Shown here one piece after another: positions 59,197-64,000 of a stretch of 64,000 bases of DNA; position 1 is the stretch's first letter, and each line of letters starts with the position of its first letter. Under the pieces are notes generated by a model that did no database searches, had not been told where the DNA came from, and saw nothing but the letters and a program-made list of their open reading frames with translations. The stretch comes from a virus. The position numbers were made by a program, and so were the translations under genes. Where the stretch lies: positions 25,727 to 89,726 of IMG/VR virus record IMGVR_UViG_3300026118_000001, one strand, 5' to 3'.

Positions 59197-59434
59197 AATT
59201 GGTGATATAGTAGTTATTGATAAGTCTTTATTTGATAAATCATTTTATAAAGAAGTAAAAATGTATTCTTCTCCTTTCTTAGAAGAACATTGGAAATATA
59301 CTATATCTGACATAAATAGTAATGGAAATGGGATGAAAAATGGATTTGTAAGATTAGAAGAAGATAATAGTTGTAATAATCATCCTTATGATATATTTAA
59401 ATTAGTTAAACCAAGAATATGTCAAATATATTAA
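59183..59434 (+). CDS. Small protein with C-terminal QIY tag (8/8)
   Basis: MNKFKIGDIVVI; ends PRICQIY*, overlapping the polymerase start. Confidence 0.7.
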   Translation: MNKFKIGDIVVIDKSLFDKSFYKEVKMYSSPFLEEHWKYTISDINSNGNGMKNGFVRLEEDNSCNNHPYDIFKLVKPRICQIY

Positions 59435-61416
59435 ATAGAAATTGTTGGGTATATGATATTGAAACTCTCAAAAATTGTTTCACATATTCTGCTTTAAGTA
59501 TTGATACTAAAGAGATAGTTCAATTTGTAATACATAAGTCAAGAAATGATATTAAAGATCTTAAAACTCATTTAAATAGTATTAAAGGGCATATTGGATA
59601 TAATAATATTAATTTTGATGGACAGGTTATTCAATGGATGTTAGAAAATTCTATTTTTTTAACAAAATTAGTATTTGGTGATAGAATATCAGAAGAAATT
59701 TATAATTATGCTCAAAAAGTAATTGATAATTCTAATAAAGGTGGTTGGGGAGATTATCCTGAATGGAAAATGAATATTAAAGAATTAGATTTATTTAAAA
59801 TTTGGCATTTTGATAATAAAGCTAAAATGACCAGTTTAAAATGGGTTGAATATTCTATGAATTTTCATAATATAGAAGAAATGCCAATTCATCATGAAGA
59901 TGAAATAGAAGAACATCAAATTCAATCTATTTTAGATTATAATTTAAATGATGTATATGCTACATATGAATTTTATAAAATAACTATTGGTGAAACAGAT
60001 CATCCTTTATATAAAGGAATTGATAAAATTCAATTAAGAAAAGATATTATAAAAGAATTTGGTATTAAATGTATTAATTTTAATGATGTTAAAATAGGTG
60101 ATGAAATTAATAAATTTAAATATTGTAGATTATCTGGTGTAGATAAAAGAAAATTACCTAAACCAAATAAAATTATACAACCTTTTAAATTTAAAGATTG
60201 TTTTCCAGAATATATGGAATTCAAAACCAGTGAGTTTAAAAACTTTGTTAATGCTTTTGCAAATATAGAGGTGAGATTAAAAAAAGAGACAGATAATTCT
60301 AAACAAGAATTTAAATTTACTTTTAATGAAACAACTTATGTGATAGCAAGAGGAGGAATTCATTCTGAAGATAAACCTAGACTAGTTAAACCTCTTGATA
60401 ATGAAATCCTTAGAGATGCAGACATTGGTTCACAATATCCTAATAGTATTAGAAAGAGGGAATTATTTCCTCAACATTTAGGAAAGGAATGGTTGGTTGG
60501 TTATACATCTATTATTCAAGATAGAATATCTGCTAAAAAGAAATATAAAGAAACTAAAGAAGGAAAATATCAAGCTATTCAAGAAGCTTATAAATTGGCT
60601 TTAAATGGTGGTGGATATGGTAAGTTAGGAGAAGAAAATTCTTGGCAATATTCACCATTTTCAGTTATGTGTGTAACAATTGGAAATCAAATAGAGATTT
60701 TAATGTTAATAGAATCTCTTGAAATTAATGATATTCATGTAATATCAGCTAATACAGATGGTATTGTTAGTTTATTTGATAAATCTAAAGAAGAATTATA
60801 TTATAAAATATGTAAAGAGTGGGAAATTAAAATTGGTAATAATATTTTAGGTCAATTAGAATATCAAGATTATAAATTATTAGCTCAAACCAGTGTTAAT
60901 TCTTATTTAGCTATTAAAACTAATGGTGAAGTTAAAACTAAATCTGAGTTTACTACAGATTTTGAAATTCATAAAAATAGATCTGCTAGAATTATACCAT
61001 TGGCTTTACAAGAATATTTTGTTAATAAAACTCCAGTGAAAGAGACAATTGAAAATCATAAAAATATATATGATTTTTGTTTAGGAACTAAATCTATAGG
61101 AACTAATAGATTAATTCATTTAGAACCTATTAAAGGGAATGAAATTAAGCTTCAAAAGATAAATAGATATTATATATCAAATAATGGTTGGCATCTTATA
61201 AAACGCTTAAAACCTCTTGAAAATAAGAAAATTTCTAGACAATTAGATATATTTGGAAATGAAAATGATGGAACTAGAGAATCTGAAATTGAAGCTGGGT
61301 GGTTATCAACAATATTTAATAAATATATTGAAAAAGATATTAATGATTATAATATATGTTATAAATATTATATTGATAGAGCTATGAAGATTATTAATAA
61401 AATAGAAAATGAGTAA
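59419..61416 (+). CDS. polB: DNA polymerase family B with 3'-5' exonuclease
   Basis: ExoI YDIET, ExoII GYNNINFD, ExoIII YNLNDV; polymerase motifs DIGSQYP, KLALNGGGYGK, NTDG. Confidence 0.9.
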   Translation: MSNILNRNCWVYDIETLKNCFTYSALSIDTKEIVQFVIHKSRNDIKDLKTHLNSIKGHIGYNNINFDGQVIQWMLENSIFLTKLVFGDRISEEIYNYAQKVIDNSNKGGWGDYPEWKMNIKELDLFKIWHFDNKAKMTSLKWVEYSMNFHNIEEMPIHHEDEIEEHQIQSILDYNLNDVYATYEFYKITIGETDHPLYKGIDKIQLRKDIIKEFGIKCINFNDVKIGDEINKFKYCRLSGVDKRKLPKPNKIIQPFKFKDCFPEYMEFKTSEFKNFVNAFANIEVRLKKETDNSKQEFKFTFNETTYVIARGGIHSEDKPRLVKPLDNEILRDADIGSQYPNSIRKRELFPQHLGKEWLVGYTSIIQDRISAKKKYKETKEGKYQAIQEAYKLALNGGGYGKLGEENSWQYSPFSVMCVTIGNQIEILMLIESLEINDIHVISANTDGIVSLFDKSKEELYYKICKEWEIKIGNNILGQLEYQDYKLLAQTSVNSYLAIKTNGEVKTKSEFTTDFEIHKNRSARIIPLALQEYFVNKTPVKETIENHKNIYDFCLGTKSIGTNRLIHLEPIKGNEIKLQKINRYYISNNGWHLIKRLKPLENKKISRQLDIFGNENDGTRESEIEAGWLSTIFNKYIEKDINDYNICYKYYIDRAMKIINKIENE

Positions 61417-61768
61417 AAAGAAAGAATATAATAATATATTTGCTAAAATAGCAAATATACATAACGATGATATTGTTCCTTTATTAAAAAATCTTGATTT
61501 AATGTCTTTTAAAATAAGGAATAGAAGAATACTTAAATTAAGAATGACATTAGAAAGTTCTGAAGATGTTTTAATATCTAGTGATTTATTAAGTGAATAT
61601 ATTATTATAAATAGTTTTGTTTTAAACTTTATAAATAAAAATGAACTTAATAATTGCTATGATTTATTAAAAACTAAAGACAAAGATAACTTTTTAATTG
61701 GAACTCATATGATTTATAGTTTAATAGAAGAAAAGAAATTAAAATTAATAGAATGCAACAAGATTTAA
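61409..61768 (+). CDS. Hypothetical protein
   Basis: Coupled ORF. Confidence 0.55.
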   Translation: MSKKKEYNNIFAKIANIHNDDIVPLLKNLDLMSFKIRNRRILKLRMTLESSEDVLISSDLLSEYIIINSFVLNFINKNELNNCYDLLKTKDKDNFLIGTHMIYSLIEEKKLKLIECNKI

Positions 61769-61967
61769 TACAAGATATTAGTAAAATATCTAAAAAACTT
61801 TTAATAAATGATATTTTCTATGGATTATTCATGAGTACCATTGAAAAAAAAGAATGTAAGGATATTCCTGTAGCTGCTGTAGCTATTAATAAGAGTACAA
61901 TGGACTTTAGTTTATTAATTAATCCAGAAGAATGGTTTAAATTTAGTGATGAAGTGAAGTTTGGGGT
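61753..61967 (+). CDS. Metallopeptidase-VWA (DUF2201-like) protein, exon 1
   Basis: FYG.F...IPVAAV...LLINPEEW...KFGV; joins exon 2 in frame to give FGVLSHEAKH. Confidence 0.8.
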
Positions 61968-62160
61968 TGACTAGAGAGCTCCAATATATAGTAATATATA
62001 TTTAAAATGTGTTAAATTGACTGGAAACTCCTTAGAGTTTTATCTACTAACTATATATAGAAATATAATATAGGGCTGAATTAATTACTCAGGTATAGTA
62101 AAAAAGATAAAAATTGGACAATCAGCAGCGAAAGTGGTAAATATAAAATAAATTTTAGTA

Positions 62161-62196
62161 ATAAGTTGTAAATGTTATAAATAAATGGTATATTAA
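62161..62196 (+). promoter_or_regulatory. Intron-internal promoter for the LAGLIDADG gene
   Basis: ATAAGTTG-N20-TATATTAA, same motif as the late-block promoters. Confidence 0.65.
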
Positions 62197-62230
62197 GTTA
62201 TGATTATATACACCTAATAACTATTACATT

Positions 62231-63067
62231 ATGAAATTTAAGAATATTACAAATTTAGAAGAATTTAAACGGGATTATGATAATTTGACTATTAATCAAA
62301 TTACAAGTAAATATAAATTAAATAATAAGACAATATGGTCTTATGCCAAAAAATTAAATATAAGTAGAAAAGTTGGAGAAAAAAAGATTTATAAAGTAAA
62401 TGATAATTACTTTTCTAAATCAAATGACTCTTCAAATAAATATTATATTTTAGGTTTAATTTATACAGATGGAAATTTACCAACTAAAGATAAAAGATCT
62501 TTTATAATTTCTAATATTGATTTACAAATATTAGAAGATATTAAAAAGGAGTTTAATTTTACTGGTATAATTAATAAAGAACATCATAAAAAATATAATA
62601 AATATATTTATAAATTAAAAATAAGTTCTCATCAAATGAGAAAAGATTTAGAATCTTTTGGATTAACTCCTAATAAAACCATGAATTTAAAATTTCCAAT
62701 TATTCCAAAAGAATATATTGGGGATTTTTGTAGAGGTTTATGGGATGGTGATGGTAGTGTATCTAATCCTTTAAGTAGACAAAAAACAAGAACTTTGTTA
62801 GGTTCAACTTTTGTATGTGCTAATAAAGAATTTATAAAACAATTATTAATATTTTTACCTGTAAAATTAAAATCTTTTCATGAAGTAACAAAAAATAGAA
62901 AAAATCCATTATATACAATTAATTTTAGAGGTTTCGACTCTATTAGATTAAGGGATTTTTTCTATTATGATAATTGTTTATGTATGGAAAGAAAGAAAAT
63001 TAAATTTTTTAATTATATACCAAGACGTTCAGAGACTATAATACACAATCCTACAAATGAGGATTAA
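62231..63067 (+). CDS. Double-motif LAGLIDADG homing endonuclease with N-terminal HTH
   Basis: YILGLIYTDGN and FCRGLWDGDGSV; 3' end overlaps intron core (R, P8). Confidence 0.88.
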   Translation: MKFKNITNLEEFKRDYDNLTINQITSKYKLNNKTIWSYAKKLNISRKVGEKKIYKVNDNYFSKSNDSSNKYYILGLIYTDGNLPTKDKRSFIISNIDLQILEDIKKEFNFTGIINKEHHKKYNKYIYKLKISSHQMRKDLESFGLTPNKTMNLKFPIIPKEYIGDFCRGLWDGDGSVSNPLSRQKTRTLLGSTFVCANKEFIKQLLIFLPVKLKSFHEVTKNRKNPLYTINFRGFDSIRLRDFFYYDNCLCMERKKIKFFNYIPRRSETIIHNPTNED

Positions 63068-63109
63068 GGGATAGTCCGATCTTATATGAGAATATAAGTT
63101 AACAAAATG

Positions 63110-64000
63110 CCTCAGTCATGAAGCAAAGCATCTTTGTTTGTTTCATTTAATTACAATGGATATGTATTCTAATTCTAAAATGGATAATATAGCTTGTGAT
63201 TTAGAGATTAATCAAACAATTAATAAGAGTCAATTACCAAGTTGGGGAATATTTATAGATGATTTTAAAACTAAATATCCAGATTTAGATTGGAAAGCAA
63301 ATGCTGGAAGAGATCATTATTATAAAGAATTAGGTAAACTTTCAGATGAACAAAAGGAAGAAATAGGAATTGATGAAAAAGCTGAACATCATTGGATAGT
63401 AGTTGATGGAGAAGGAAATATATCAAATGATCCATTATCAGATAGTCAAAAGGATGCTATAAGAGTTCAGGTTGAACATACAATTGAAAGTATAGTAGAA
63501 GAGATAGAAAAATCTCAAGGACATATTCCTGCTGAAATAAGTAGTTTAATTAAAGGCTTTAAAAAGCCTAAACCAAAATTTAATTATAAGAAGTACATAA
63601 GAAATTTTGTTGGTAATTCAACGCAATATTTTATTAAAACAACTAAATTAAGAGAAAATCAAAGATTTCCTGGATCTCCCAAGATAGTTTTAAGACCTAA
63701 AAATAAAGTGCTAGTTCTTATTGATGAGTCTGGTTCTGTTAGTGAACCTGAATTATTGGACTTTCTGAATGAGATTGCGCATTTAAGTAAAACAACCGAT
63801 TTAGAGATTAGAGCATTTGATACAGAAGTAGGACCAATAGTTAAATATAAAGCTAATTCAAATATTTTTATAAGAAGTAGATGTGGAGGAACTTATTTTA
63901 CTCCTTGTATTGAATTTTATAATAAACAAAAACAATATGAAACTTGTTTAATATTTACTGATGGTCATGCAGAAGTTCCTGAAATTAAAACAAATAAAAC
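63110..64000 (+). CDS. Metallopeptidase-VWA (DUF2201-like) protein, exon 2, 3'-truncated
   Basis: LSHEAKH (HExxH), NIACDLEIN, MIDAS VLIDESGS, GGT, IFTDG. Confidence 0.85.

Larger units (their letters stand above)
61968..63109 (+). mobile_element. Group I intron carrying a LAGLIDADG endonuclease
   Basis: P1 exon TTGGGGT / IGS GCTCCAA with U.G at splice site; P AAATTGACTGGAAA; Q AATCAGCAGC; R TTCAGAGACTA; S AAGGGATAGTCC; P9 CTTATAT-GAGA-ATATAAG; terminal G 63109; splicing restores frame. Confidence 0.9.

Noticed and set aside
50104-59434. QIY tails as a DNA repeat, recombination site (attC-like) or CRISPR repeat
   Set aside because: Variation is concentrated at synonymous positions, and there is no palindrome or regular spacing
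61753-61974. Stand-alone 73-aa protein or pseudogene
   Set aside because: The stop codon lies inside the group I intron; splicing restores a continuous ORF

Overview
AT-rich segment of a crAss-like phage (order Crassvirales) genome in the standard genetic code. A Bacteroidota host is inferred from -33 TTG / -7 TAnnTTT-type promoters and A-rich leaders without Shine-Dalgarno sites. 1-1196 (+) is the 3' part of a nicotinamide phosphoribosyltransferase. 1253-46768 (-) is the virion/late block: HNH endonuclease, ejected cargo proteins including a 3500-aa virion RNA polymerase fusion, muzzle and ring tail proteins, IHF-like proteins, lysis cassette, fibres, major capsid, scaffold, portal and terminase. 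After a strand switch near 46850-47010, the + strand holds many small early ORFs, two homing endonucleases embedded in a highly structured non-coding stretch, an anticodon-less tRNA-like element, a family B DNA polymerase, and a metallopeptidase-VWA gene split by a group I intron encoding a LAGLIDADG endonuclease. The most striking unexplained signal: eight dispersed, otherwise dissimilar 67-97 aa early proteins all end in the same C-terminal tag, [IV]-[IC]-Q-I-Y-stop preceded by K/R. The tag is conserved at protein but not DNA level, suggesting a tag-and-hub adaptor system. All assignments come from motif recognition by eye; no searches were run.
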